A DNA stretch of 64,000 nucleotides, from sequence record NC_052654.1, one strand, 5' to 3'. The translations under genes were made by a program, and so were the position numbers. This stretch comes from Escherichia phage vB_EcoM-Ro121c4YLVW. How positions within the stretch are numbered: the stretch's first letter is position 1; every line of letters starts with the position of its first letter. Of this stretch, positions 18,620-27,599 are shown one piece after another. Below the pieces are notes generated by a model. The model did not search any database. It had not been told where the DNA came from and saw only the letters and a list, made by a program, of their open reading frames with translations.

Positions 18620-19228
18620 TTATTTAAGTGGTGAGAGAACAATCTCTCGGTTTTTTAAGAACCAAAGCACGTCATCTTGATCATAGTCTGATCCCTCTGT
18701 AGTAGAATTTTTGATAGAATCAAAAAACCAACGAGGTATACCAAAACAACTTCCAGATGACTGCATGTCTTTCTGCGACATTTTAAATGTGATTGGAAAA
18801 TCACAATTATCAATCTCTCGGATATCTGCTGAAGATAAGATTGTAACTTCAACCAGTTCGTCGTTAGATGTAGTATCGTTGTCTTCCTGAATAATGTCAA
18901 ATGCTTTTTGCACATCTTTTGCATCTAATGTTAAACCTGTGGCTTTCTGAAAAGCCGAAACAAAAATTAGAGCTTCTTCAGAGCAAGGGGCTTCCAGCAA
19001 ATGAGCCATAATAGGTGACAAGCAAATGTTAAGATCTTTGTCATACCAACGAACAATCCACACAGGCGTTGCTCCGTTTTGTTTGTCACGAGCCAAAATT
19101 GTAACGTGCTGACCTTCTTCTGGTATATGATACAAACCAGAAAAACCAGGACCTGTAGTAGATTTTTTGACACGCGCTACGTGTCCAACTTCTAAAGGAT
19201 CTTTACCATCCCAAATCTTCTCTTCCAT
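18620..19228 (-). CDS. hypothetical protein
   Basis: ORF track 202 aa; RBS GGAGG. Confidence 0.5.
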   Translation of the reverse strand: MEEKIWDGKDPLEVGHVARVKKSTTGPGFSGLYHIPEEGQHVTILARDKQNGATPVWIVRWYDKDLNICLSPIMAHLLEAPCSEEALIFVSAFQKATGLTLDAKDVQKAFDIIQEDNDTTSNDELVEVTILSSADIREIDNCDFPITFKMSQKDMQSSGSCFGIPRWFFDSIKNSTTEGSDYDQDDVLWFLKNREIVLSPLK

Positions 19229-19236
19229 ATAACCTC

Positions 19237-19500
19237 CTAAATAACATCTTTGAAATAGTGAATCACTTCAATATTATGGTACAAAGTGCTTCGCTCTTTT
19301 GTGTACTCTGTTTTAGTAACAAACACTTTTGCAATACCGTACTTATGCGCTGGTAGGCTTGGATTGGTTTGCATAATTTCTTTCACTACACTTATAGTTT
19401 CGTGCTCGGATTCCCAATAAGTGAAGTAACCCTCACCATCAACGATTAAAGACTCGTTTTCAAGATCTACAAAACAGAAAAATATTGACGGATGGCTCAT
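19237..19500 (-). CDS. hypothetical protein
   Basis: ORF track 87 aa. Confidence 0.45.
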   Translation of the reverse strand: MSHPSIFFCFVDLENESLIVDGEGYFTYWESEHETISVVKEIMQTNPSLPAHKYGIAKVFVTKTEYTKERSTLYHNIEVIHYFKDVI

Positions 19501-19664
19501 TCTTTTTCTTCAACCTTCCTCAAAGCTTTTTGATCGAATATGGCGTGTTGCAATTCCCCGTTTTCATCGAACCAAGTTACTTTACAAGATTCACCATAAC
19601 TTTCTATTACTGTCATTTGTTTGTTTGCACCTTTAAGGCAAACCACATCACCTACTTGCATCAT
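19497..19664 (-). CDS. YodC/DUF2158-like small protein
   Basis: 55 aa MMQVGDVVCLKGANKQMTV... pattern; ATGA-coupled to downstream gene. Confidence 0.4.
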   Translation of the reverse strand: MMQVGDVVCLKGANKQMTVIESYGESCKVTWFDENGELQHAIFDQKALRKVEEKE

Positions 19665-20110
19665 GATTGAGTTCCTTTTTGTTTTTCAATAGCTGCACGA
19701 ATTTCTGCTAAAGGTTCTGCTACCAAGTCTTCAACTTCTTGGATTTGTTCATTCATCACATCACGAACCATTTGAATACGCTCTTCAAGGGAAACAGCAA
19801 GTTCATCTGCATAAGCCATATTAAGAACGTGGTAGAAATTTTCTTGTGCACTTAAAGCACCAGATAACAAATAATCCTGATCTTCCTCTGGTAAAAGCAT
19901 GTGTTGCTCATATTCAGCAAAAGTGTTTTTGTTAATCTCAAGCAAAGCACCCATCATAACATCATACTGATAATCTTTATGACCAGGGTTGTTTAAAATA
20001 ACATCTTCAAAAATATTAAGAAGAATCTTAGTAACAAAAGCATTGTTTTCGGCACCTTCCATCTGACGGATTACCGTGATTACTTCTTTTTCTTTAGCGT
20101 TTTGGCTCAT
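19661..20110 (-). CDS. hypothetical protein
   Basis: ORF track 149 aa. Confidence 0.5.
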   Translation of the reverse strand: MSQNAKEKEVITVIRQMEGAENNAFVTKILLNIFEDVILNNPGHKDYQYDVMMGALLEINKNTFAEYEQHMLLPEEDQDYLLSGALSAQENFYHVLNMAYADELAVSLEERIQMVRDVMNEQIQEVEDLVAEPLAEIRAAIEKQKGTQS

Positions 20111-20300
20111 AGTGTTTCTCCTCTGATTCTATTTGGATATAACCTGTGGTTTTGCACGGGTTACACTCGTAAATTTGACCTACGTCCGCCATAACATATC
20201 CTGCACCACCACAATAGGGGCAAGGCATAGGAGGACAAGGTATGGACGTAGTGATTGTTACGACATTATCAATTTCCAACATTTTCGCCATTACTACCAT
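20094..20300 (-). CDS. small zinc-ribbon protein (CPxCGGxG...CxxCxxxG)
   Basis: 68 aa with DnaJ-type CxxCxGxG-like motifs. Confidence 0.4.
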   Translation of the reverse strand: MVVMAKMLEIDNVVTITTSIPCPPMPCPYCGGAGYVMADVGQIYECNPCKTTGYIQIESEEKHYEPKR

Positions 20301-20542
20301 TCCGCTATTAACGTCAAACCAAGTGCATCGTTAAAACGCTCAACATTTGAGTATAGGTATGGAGGGGTTATTTGCTCTAAAATTTGTGCTGCTTCCACTT
20401 GGTGTTCTATGTTTTGAGAAGTTCGGGCATAAACTAAGACACCCATTTTATTCAAAATAAAAACAGAATCAGACCCATCCAGCTTATCAACGGCTGCATA
20501 CATTTTAGTCATATTTTCTCCTGGATTACCATTCAGCAACAA
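20294..20542 (-). CDS. hypothetical protein (C-terminal ...LIAEW)
   Basis: ORF track 82 aa. Confidence 0.4.
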   Translation of the reverse strand: MLLNGNPGENMTKMYAAVDKLDGSDSVFILNKMGVLVYARTSQNIEHQVEAAQILEQITPPYLYSNVERFNDALGLTLIAEW

Positions 20543-20741
20543 GACTAGGATTCATAGCAAAAGCTTTGAAAGTTGTTATGTCATGACTAACATTAAAACT
20601 AACACCTTTTACTTTCTCTAGTATTTGAACTTTTGTCTCTCCGTCCCACGGTAGGATGATAACACCATCTCCTGTGATCAACCACCAATGGTTCTCTCCA
20701 TCTCGTGAATCTTTTGCTTTGTATAGAAAATTGGAACTCAT
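20526..20741 (-). CDS. hypothetical protein (C-terminal ...LVAEW)
   Basis: ORF track 71 aa; RBS AGGAGGAAG. Confidence 0.4.
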   Translation of the reverse strand: MSSNFLYKAKDSRDGENHWWLITGDGVIILPWDGETKVQILEKVKGVSFNVSHDITTFKAFAMNPSLVAEW

Positions 20742-20934
20742 TCTTCCTCCTGTTCGGTATTATTCACCTGTGAGACACAATGTAACACAAGCTTTGTGAG
20801 TTTGTCAAGGATCTAATTACATTCTACAGAAGAAGAGGGTTAATAACTATAGGAATAGTCTTACTATAGGTGCAATACTAGTTAAGACTTAGATTGATAG
20901 GTAAGACTTATCTTAAACAGATAATTGATAGGTG

Positions 20935-21010
20935 AATCAGCATTGACTTTTTCAAAAAAATATGGTACCCTAAACATATGTTTACGAGCGATAGCGAGTA
21001 GTAGATTTCT
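20935..21010 (+). promoter_or_regulatory. promoter-like conserved element, copy A (TTGACT..TACCCT..CGAGCGATAGCGAGTA)
   Basis: About 60 bp nearly identical to 55716-55790. Confidence 0.35.
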
Positions 21011-21101
21011 ATATAATAATGTTTCATGTTACTCACGATAGTGAGGTATGAAACGTAAGTGAAGGTAGATAAACTATGATCATCTATCTACCATCTATTA
21101 A

Positions 21102-21311
21102 TCAGTATAGATCCAATGTTAGACTAACAGTTATCCAACAAACAATAACAGTCCATATAACAAGTAATGATCTACAAACTACATCCCATTCAAATACATT
21201 GTATGTTAACCATTCTCCCATCACAACACAAGAACCTAACCAACATCCAACAATAACTATAATCCAATAAAAGAATCCTACAGTAGAGTATATAGCAAAA
21301 GCTTTTAACAT
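21102..21311 (-). CDS. hydrophobic membrane protein
   Basis: 69 aa, strong GGAGGAAAG RBS; antisense + ORF 21076-21270 also has an RBS. Confidence 0.4.
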   Translation of the reverse strand: MLKAFAIYSTVGFFYWIIVIVGCWLGSCVVMGEWLTYNVFEWDVVCRSLLVIWTVIVCWITVSLTLDLY

Positions 21312-21724
21312 CTTTCCTCCAGAAGTTGTTCAACAGTTTGACGAGTATGATTGTCCCAGTAAACCTTAGTGAAGTCAAGAGTCCCTTGTTCGTTTCTCTT
21401 AGTTTCGAAGAAGTATCCGCCTTCTCTTTCTACTCTGTCTCTAATGTGCTCTATAAGGTGCTTTTTACAAGATGCTGATAAACAATAGTCATACTCCCCA
21501 CGAAGCAATGCTATAGCTGCAAGCCTGTTATCACCAACTTGAGATATTGTCCAAGAAAGCATACTACCTTTTATACCTAAAGGTGTTTGTCGAATGGAAT
21601 ATCCACCATGCCGACTGATAGAAATTATGGCAAGTGGTTCTCCTGTTAGGGATCTTCCTAATGCACCTTCTGTTGGACTTCCTTCAATAACACGTTTGAA
21701 AAAAGCTTTGATCTTACCTAACAT
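21305..21724 (-). CDS. hypothetical protein
   Basis: ORF track 139 aa. Confidence 0.45.
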   Translation of the reverse strand: MLGKIKAFFKRVIEGSPTEGALGRSLTGEPLAIISISRHGGYSIRQTPLGIKGSMLSWTISQVGDNRLAAIALLRGEYDYCLSASCKKHLIEHIRDRVEREGGYFFETKRNEQGTLDFTKVYWDNHTRQTVEQLLEERC

Positions 21725-21741
21725 AAGTCCCCCTTAAAAAC

Positions 21742-21876
21742 TTACTTGTTTAAAGTATCTCTTACTTGTTCTGCTTGACGTTTAGTAATAAAAGTCCCAA
21801 CCGAAACGTTAAATTCATTGACTACAGAGAACGATCCATCACGATTCTCACGAATATTAAACAATTTCTTACTCAT
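21742..21876 (-). CDS. 44-aa hypothetical protein
   Basis: GGAGG RBS then ATG; below ORF-track cutoff. Confidence 0.35.
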   Translation of the reverse strand: MSKKLFNIRENRDGSFSVVNEFNVSVGTFITKRQAEQVRDTLNK

Positions 21877-22072
21877 TTCTACCTCCTTCGATGCTTTGTG
21901 CCGTACCATCCCAAGCCATTAGAATATTTGCCAATAGTTCACGAGGCTCTTTAAACCAAACTTCCATTTCATCAAGAATCTCGTCCGTGTCGTAAGTATA
22001 ACCTGGAACACCAAGTTCGCATTTCTTAAGATAGCTTTCTAACCAGCGGTGATAATTCTTAACCCCATTCAT
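21869..22072 (-). CDS. hypothetical protein
   Basis: ORF track 67 aa. Confidence 0.4.
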   Translation of the reverse strand: MNGVKNYHRWLESYLKKCELGVPGYTYDTDEILDEMEVWFKEPRELLANILMAWDGTAQSIEGGRNE

Positions 22073-22397
22073 ACTGTGCTACCTTTTCTTTTACCCAATC
22101 TACACGATCTTTATCATAATGTTGAGTGCCAAGGAAAAGACCATTGTGGAAACTTTCCTCACCGAAAGGATAAATCGGATCTAAACCATCTTCTTCAAAT
22201 AACATTTTTAGTCTCTGTGATGTAGATTTCTTAGTTTCTGAGTTGTAGTTTGTGGTTATAAGCCAATCTTCCAAACAACGACACAAACCTTGACGAGAAT
22301 CCCAAGGAAAAACACAATCTCCGACAGGAGCTTGTTCAGCCCATTTCAACCAGCCTTTAAAAAAGTTATACAGTATGTAGTCTTCAGTGTAATACAT
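22059..22397 (-). CDS. paralog-family protein F (FY..W..GLC..PF..R..WV motif family)
   Basis: Shares motif pattern with five other genes; start at ATG after AAGGAGGAG. Confidence 0.5.
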   Translation of the reverse strand: MYYTEDYILYNFFKGWLKWAEQAPVGDCVFPWDSRQGLCRCLEDWLITTNYNSETKKSTSQRLKMLFEEDGLDPIYPFGEESFHNGLFLGTQHYDKDRVDWVKEKVAQYEWG

Positions 22398-22448
22398 TAT
22401 CTCCTCCTTTACGTATACAATAACACCCCGAAGAACGGGGTGCAACTG

Positions 22449-23060
22449 TTATTTAATCTGTTTGAAAATTTCGTTTGGAACGGTACCGTTTAAAATACCT
22501 TCTACGATCTCCTGTGCAGACGTGTAAGAGAGTCCAAAAGAAGCTACGCCTAAAATTGCCTCCTTCAAAGGATCTGGCAGGGGTTCAAAATTACCTGCAA
22601 CAAAGCCACCTGCACAAGCAGCGCCTTCATCATCCCAGAAAACAACTGCTACATCGTTACCATGCGAAGTTGTGCGATGTGCAATAACTTCAACTTCTGT
22701 TCCTTCTTTAGGAACAGAATAAGAACTGTCCCAAGAATATCTTTCCAAATCAGGAACAAAGATAACCTTTTCACCTACTGGCGGCAGTTCACAACGATAA
22801 TACCAAGAATTTTTTTCGTTCATTGTTTTATTTTCCTCCACGTCTTCAAAAGTAACGATCCAATCGTAGCCGTAAGAAAACGGATATTTTAGATCTAAAG
22901 AATAAGTTTGACCTAGATCGTCCTCAACAAGAACCATCCTGTCAAAGTTTGCGATGTTAGGATTATGTTTAATGATAGGGTATGTTTCCCCTACAGTAAA
23001 TTGCCCCAAATGGTAAAGTTCATCTCTCCAAGTAATTTGGATATGAGTGCATTGAATCAT
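22449..23060 (-). CDS. hypothetical protein
   Basis: ORF track 203 aa. Confidence 0.5.
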   Translation of the reverse strand: MIQCTHIQITWRDELYHLGQFTVGETYPIIKHNPNIANFDRMVLVEDDLGQTYSLDLKYPFSYGYDWIVTFEDVEENKTMNEKNSWYYRCELPPVGEKVIFVPDLERYSWDSSYSVPKEGTEVEVIAHRTTSHGNDVAVVFWDDEGAACAGGFVAGNFEPLPDPLKEAILGVASFGLSYTSAQEIVEGILNGTVPNEIFKQIK

Positions 23061-23064
23061 AAAA

Positions 23065-23337
23065 TCACCCCCAAGAAATATTTATATATCTTACAATGTT
23101 TGCACTGTCTAAAGCCATGTTTGCACCACACCCACGCTCGCGCCAGTAACTAACAATACCTTCACAGATACTCTCTTGTATCTTCTTATCACTTGGCATT
23201 TCTAGTATAAGACTTGGATTGTGGATGTTTATGTTATAATATCCTTCCTCTGCGGCTTGAGCTACCAATTTACTTACTTTTTCAAAGTACGGGGAATTAG
23301 TGGCATCTGCCATTGTTTTTAAGGTTTGTCTATCCAT
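23065..23337 (-). CDS. hypothetical protein
   Basis: ORF track 90 aa. Confidence 0.45.
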   Translation of the reverse strand: MDRQTLKTMADATNSPYFEKVSKLVAQAAEEGYYNINIHNPSLILEMPSDKKIQESICEGIVSYWRERGCGANMALDSANIVRYINISWG

Positions 23338-23702
23338 TATTCTGCCTCATCATAGAAGAAATCCAACTCTTGTTCCAGTTGTTTAACTCGATCCTTAACC
23401 CACTGTACACGTTTTTCATTAAACATGCAACGTTTTTCCTTACACTCTTGCTCAAAAGATTTTGCTGTGTTAAACGGGAAAGTTGTATCTAAACCAGCAT
23501 TTTCAAAACTGGCTAATTGCATACCATAAACAGAATATGCTAAAGAATGATCGGCTCGAAATTCATCACTTATATACATACGTAGACCTCGGCATAAGCC
23601 AACATCAGCGTAACCACTTTCTCGTGGAAAGAGACGGAGGTGTTCTAACCAATTATTATAGAAATCTAAAAGAATCCTCTTACACTTCAAATCAATTGTC
23701 AT
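23337..23702 (-). CDS. paralog-family protein E
   Basis: DFYNNWL...GLCRGL...FPFN...RVQWVKDRV; start after GAAGGAG. Confidence 0.5.
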   Translation of the reverse strand: MTIDLKCKRILLDFYNNWLEHLRLFPRESGYADVGLCRGLRMYISDEFRADHSLAYSVYGMQLASFENAGLDTTFPFNTAKSFEQECKEKRCMFNEKRVQWVKDRVKQLEQELDFFYDEAE

Positions 23703-24102
23703 AAAAAGTTTCTCCTTCATCGAACAAGTTGGCAAGATTGTTCACCGCAATTTGGGTGGAAAGAAGACAACTGTTTGCAGACACATAAGCACGGGCTATT
23801 TTGTAAACATAAGCTTTCGTATTGCAATCTTCTAAAATCGGAAGACTTTCATCGATAGCATCTATAACACTAAACATTACATCTAAAACTTTAATGGTGA
23901 GTGTTGTATTTGTATCTTCGTAACCTTTTTCAATCCGACCTGAATAGAAAGTATAGTCCTCAACAGTTCGTCGTTTAAATTGGCGCATAAAATCAGAACC
24001 ATCTGTAGCAGAATTGAACAAATTTTCAAAAAATACCTCCCATCCGGCAAAAAGGGCTGACAGCATGATTAAGTGGTCTACAGATTCATTTTCTTGTTTC
24101 AT
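23692..24102 (-). CDS. hypothetical protein
   Basis: ORF track 136 aa. Confidence 0.45.
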   Translation of the reverse strand: MKQENESVDHLIMLSALFAGWEVFFENLFNSATDGSDFMRQFKRRTVEDYTFYSGRIEKGYEDTNTTLTIKVLDVMFSVIDAIDESLPILEDCNTKAYVYKIARAYVSANSCLLSTQIAVNNLANLFDEGETFYDN

Positions 24103-24110
24103 ATCCTCTC

Positions 24111-24782
24111 CTATTTAATGTTCAATCTAGCACACAAGCGAGAAACAGTTTTAGCATCCCACTTACCACCACGTGCTGTTGCGATTTTCTTACTATTGAA
24201 TTTTTCAGCAATAGTTTTGTAAGGTGTATTTAAATCTCTAAGGATCTCCAAGCGTTCACGGAATGTCTCTGCAAAAGCGTCTGCTTTAACAGAATTGTAT
24301 TCCATTTTTCCTTTTCTACGTGCAGCGGCAGTTTTAGGATTAGCACTGCCTAATAAAACACCTTTGCTTTTTGCTACAGCAAGACCCTTTTTAATACGAT
24401 CAGCAATACCTCTGACTTCTTGTTCAGCCAGAACAGACAGAAGCTGTATAACCATTTTATCTGCATCTGGCATGATGGCTATCTTAACATCGATCATTTC
24501 TAGAAGAGTTGCTACGGAGGCGTTGTTACGACCCAAGCGGTCAACTTTAGCTACCAATAAAGTTGCTCCGGTAGCTTTACACATTTCAACCGCTTTGACC
24601 AGTTCCTTACGTTGCTTCCAATCGCCCTTACCCGAATAGTATTCAGAAAATTGACCAATAACTTCAGCATCAGGCACAGAGTCTAAGAAGTAACGGATAT
24701 CGTTCTCTTGGCTCTCCATACCATATTGTGCCTCACCTTTTTTCTGTTTAGAAAGACGACTGTAAACAACAAACTTTTTCAT
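24111..24782 (-). CDS. serine recombinase (resolvase/invertase family)
   Basis: N-terminal YSRLS catalytic motif and LLVAKVDRLGRN motif; C-terminal HTH-like region. Confidence 0.65.
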   Translation of the reverse strand: MKKFVVYSRLSKQKKGEAQYGMESQENDIRYFLDSVPDAEVIGQFSEYYSGKGDWKQRKELVKAVEMCKATGATLLVAKVDRLGRNNASVATLLEMIDVKIAIMPDADKMVIQLLSVLAEQEVRGIADRIKKGLAVAKSKGVLLGSANPKTAAARRKGKMEYNSVKADAFAETFRERLEILRDLNTPYKTIAEKFNSKKIATARGGKWDAKTVSRLCARLNIK

Positions 24783-24852
24783 AACCACTCCTAAACCATT
24801 GCTGTATTCTCACTTTACAAAACGAATAAACACTTGTCAAGGTATTTATTAT

Positions 24853-25065
24853 TTACAGCCATTCTACTTTTAAGCAGTATTCTTCGACATGTTGTTTACG
24901 CTTGTTTTTGTCTATGTAAGTGTATTCAACAAATGTCCCAAGATAATCCTTGTCCACATTGTGTTGGCTATTAATTGGACATTTAGTACGACAAACCCGT
25001 TGCCACTGACGAAGAATTACGGCTTTGTTTTTAGGATCAAAGGGATGAGGGTAATGTGCCTTCAT
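24853..25065 (-). CDS. hypothetical protein
   Basis: ORF track 70 aa. Confidence 0.4.
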   Translation of the reverse strand: MKAHYPHPFDPKNKAVILRQWQRVCRTKCPINSQHNVDKDYLGTFVEYTYIDKNKRKQHVEEYCLKVEWL

Positions 25066-25389
25066 TCACGCCTCCTGTTTTAGTCGAAAAATATTTTGAA
25101 TAACTAGAGATGTATAGTTATCACTTAGTCCCATAAGTTCTACTTCCAAGTTTCGAATATCTTCCACCGTAGGAGGATATGTTGGTAAAAATGCTTGAGC
25201 ATTGCCAGATCCGACCTCATTGCTGTAAGCAGTTGTAAAATTGTAAGATACAAAACATGAAACACCTTTTTGTCGGTACCCGATTAATCGACGAATACAC
25301 CAGATAAGAGCCAAACCTATGAGAACACCTCCTAAACCAGCCAACAAGAAGGATAAGTTCATAATAGCTTCGTTAACAACTGCTTGCAT
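25066..25389 (-). CDS. hypothetical membrane-anchored protein
   Basis: 107 aa, N-terminal hydrophobic helix. Confidence 0.4.
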   Translation of the reverse strand: MQAVVNEAIMNLSFLLAGLGGVLIGLALIWCIRRLIGYRQKGVSCFVSYNFTTAYSNEVGSGNAQAFLPTYPPTVEDIRNLEVELMGLSDNYTSLVIQNIFRLKQEA

Positions 25390-25399
25390 TCTTTTCTCC

Positions 25400-25699
25400 T
25401 TAGTTATGTAAACCCAAATGTGCTACAACTTCTCTACGATAAGATAACTGCATAGCGATTTTATAGCCAGGATGAAAACCATTTACATCAATGTCATCAA
25501 ACCAAACCTCAAACGAACCGTGCTTAAGGGTCATTAAGTTGATATACCATTCGATAGTATAATGATCGTTAGCAATACCTTCGATGTAAAACTCTCGGCA
25601 ACAATGAGATAAATCTTCACTTGTTTCACGTTTCCAGTCTTTGATAGCACCCTTCTCTTTAGCTTTATTCAGAATGTGGATCAGGTCTTCAACTTGCAT
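25400..25699 (-). CDS. hypothetical protein
   Basis: Start at ATG after AAAGGAGAG; 99 aa. Confidence 0.45.
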   Translation of the reverse strand: MQVEDLIHILNKAKEKGAIKDWKRETSEDLSHCCREFYIEGIANDHYTIEWYINLMTLKHGSFEVWFDDIDVNGFHPGYKIAMQLSYRREVVAHLGLHN

Positions 25700-25709
25700 A
25701 TTCTCTCCT

Positions 25710-26264
25710 TTAGTTCCAACTAATAACGATGTGTTTGATAATCCCAAAAATACTGTGCTCTGCGGTTGCCAATGTTACATCCAAACCTTTTGCACGTAGC
25801 ATTGTAGCTACAACATTTGCCCCTCTTTTCTGTTCACTTATCTGTTCATAAGAAGAAGGGTTATTGCACAAACCAAAACTGGAAGGTTCAAAGTATTTTT
25901 CAAACTTCCCTTGTTCTGCACAATCTTCAATCTCTAATAGAACGGCGTCTACCATTTCAGTAAAATGGGAATTTGCTTGCAGTGCTTTATTACGCAGTTT
26001 ATCACGTAAACTTCCCGTAGATTCTTCCTGCTCTTCTGTCTGTCCATCTTCACAGAAAGGATGAAGTTCAGCCCAGTCCCAAGCATCTCCTTCTAAAGCA
26101 AATGGAGTGTTGTAATTGAAGAAAGTGCAGCGCGGATATTCCCCGTTGAAAGAATCTTTCAGCAGAATATATTTCTTACCGTTTGCATGGAAGAGTTCTC
26201 CTTTGATAACCTTACCTACAAGGATATCACTGTTAGTGGAACGGGTGCAAATAAATTTTTTCAT
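25710..26264 (-). CDS. hypothetical protein
   Basis: ORF track 184 aa; RBS AGGAGAA. Confidence 0.5.
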   Translation of the reverse strand: MKKFICTRSTNSDILVGKVIKGELFHANGKKYILLKDSFNGEYPRCTFFNYNTPFALEGDAWDWAELHPFCEDGQTEEQEESTGSLRDKLRNKALQANSHFTEMVDAVLLEIEDCAEQGKFEKYFEPSSFGLCNNPSSYEQISEQKRGANVVATMLRAKGLDVTLATAEHSIFGIIKHIVISWN

Positions 26265-26326
26265 GATTTTCTCCTCTTTGTTTCGATGAGATGATTATGA
26301 CAAAGACAGATCCTTCTGTCAACTAT

Positions 26327-26548
26327 TTATTTCCATTCCCCTTGGTGTTCTTTGATCTCATAAGAGTAGTATTCGAACATGCTCATACAAACCACACCAG
26401 ACATTTCTAAACAAAGAGGTTTACTATTATAAAAGGCACTTATCATTCTTCCAGCTTTATCTGCTGACTCTTTAGTATCACATCCGCAAACTGTTCTCAC
26501 CCAAGGATTAGGGCCATCATACTTAAGACGCACAATCCACATGATCAT
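26327..26548 (-). CDS. hypothetical protein
   Basis: ORF track 73 aa. Confidence 0.4.
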   Translation of the reverse strand: MIMWIVRLKYDGPNPWVRTVCGCDTKESADKAGRMISAFYNSKPLCLEMSGVVCMSMFEYYSYEIKEHQGEWK

Positions 26549-26772
26549 TCTTCCATCTCAAACCATTCAGGGAACACTTTGCGGAAGACCCGCGTGTTTT
26601 CTAAGAGAAATTCCAACTCTTTTTCCAAATCTGCGTTCCAACCGTTTATTTTAACACGGATTGCCAATGCACTTGCACGGCGACTCAATTCTTGACAGAT
26701 TGGATCACGCAGAACTATTGAGTCATAAAACTGACAAACAGCCTCAAGTTCATACCAGTTATAATCCGACAT
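26545..26772 (-). CDS. hypothetical protein
   Basis: ORF track 75 aa. Confidence 0.4.
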   Translation of the reverse strand: MSDYNWYELEAVCQFYDSIVLRDPICQELSRRASALAIRVKINGWNADLEKELEFLLENTRVFRKVFPEWFEMEE

Positions 26773-27098
26773 TATTCATCCTCCTCTGCAATACGATCTC
26801 TTACCCAATTAATCCTGTCCACGTTCAGGTGACATACCTCTGCATCTGATTCTAAGATATATGCATCGTAGTTCTCATTGAAAGGGAGTGCTTGACTCAA
26901 CCCTTTGTGGTAAAACTGTGCGTGCATTTCATCTGACAAGATTGTTATAATGGGGTTGTAATTACCTCTGTGCACATAATCGAACAAGTTGGCACACAAA
27001 CCACAATCCCGCCGAAAAGGTTTACCATCAGGAGCACCAACATCAATCCATGCTAGATAAATTTTATAAAACTCCATCAACCTTGTGCTTGTTTTCAT
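26772..27098 (-). CDS. paralog-family protein D
   Basis: EFYKIYLAWI...GLCANL...LPFN...RINWVRDRI. Confidence 0.5.
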   Translation of the reverse strand: MKTSTRLMEFYKIYLAWIDVGAPDGKPFRRDCGLCANLFDYVHRGNYNPIITILSDEMHAQFYHKGLSQALPFNENYDAYILESDAEVCHLNVDRINWVRDRIAEEDE

Positions 27099-27336
27099 TT
27101 AGCCACCTCGTTAGTTTTTCTTGCTCTTTGTTTGCGCGTTCTAAGCTTCTGAACTTTAAACAGAGGGAACGAGAATCCCTACCCATGCACAAGCTTTCAT
27201 CTAAGCTGTGCTCCCCAACCAACCAAAGAGAGTATGTTTGAACATCTAACCCATAGTTTCTGTCTTTCCATAATCTCACCCCAAGAACATCAAAAGGAGC
27301 TTCCGCGACTAAAGAAAGAAACCGATCTTTATTCAT
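27064..27336 (-). CDS. hypothetical protein
   Basis: ORF track 90 aa. Confidence 0.35.
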   Translation of the reverse strand: MNKDRFLSLVAEAPFDVLGVRLWKDRNYGLDVQTYSLWLVGEHSLDESLCMGRDSRSLCLKFRSLERANKEQEKLTRWLNENKHKVDGVL

Positions 27337-27398
27337 ATTACACCACCTTGCTCACGTTGATAATGTATGTATACCATACATAAAATAAATGTCAAGGC

Positions 27399-27599
27399 TT
27401 ATCGACACAGATAGTTGTAACGATCTGCTTTATCCTCGGCTTCAGCAAAGTCAGCAATCAAGGAAGTTTTGAGTTCTTCCAACTCTTTCACCCAAGAGTC
27501 GTAATCGTTCTGTGTTTCTCCAATAGTTTGGAGAAAACAATCGTCGTAGCCAATAGACATGGCTAACTCGATAATACGTTCCAGTTTTTCTTCCATCAC
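27399..27599 (-). CDS. hypothetical protein
   Basis: ORF track 66 aa. Confidence 0.4.
   Translation of the reverse strand: MMEEKLERIIELAMSIGYDDCFLQTIGETQNDYDSWVKELEELKTSLIADFAEAEDKADRYNYLCR

Noticed and set aside
21076-21270. Top-strand 64-aa ORF overlapping the leftward membrane-protein gene
   Set aside because: Low-complexity T/S/I/Q-rich product; kept only as a possible antisense target of the duplicated promoter-like element, not called as a gene.
24295-24639. Top-strand ORFs antisense to the leftward block (24295-24639, 27894-28301, 32750-33145, 33111-33503, 43349-43678 and similar) and 54045-54434 on the bottom strand
   Set aside because: They lack ribosome-binding sites, overlap well-supported genes on the opposite strand and have low-complexity or hydrophobic translations typical of antisense frames.
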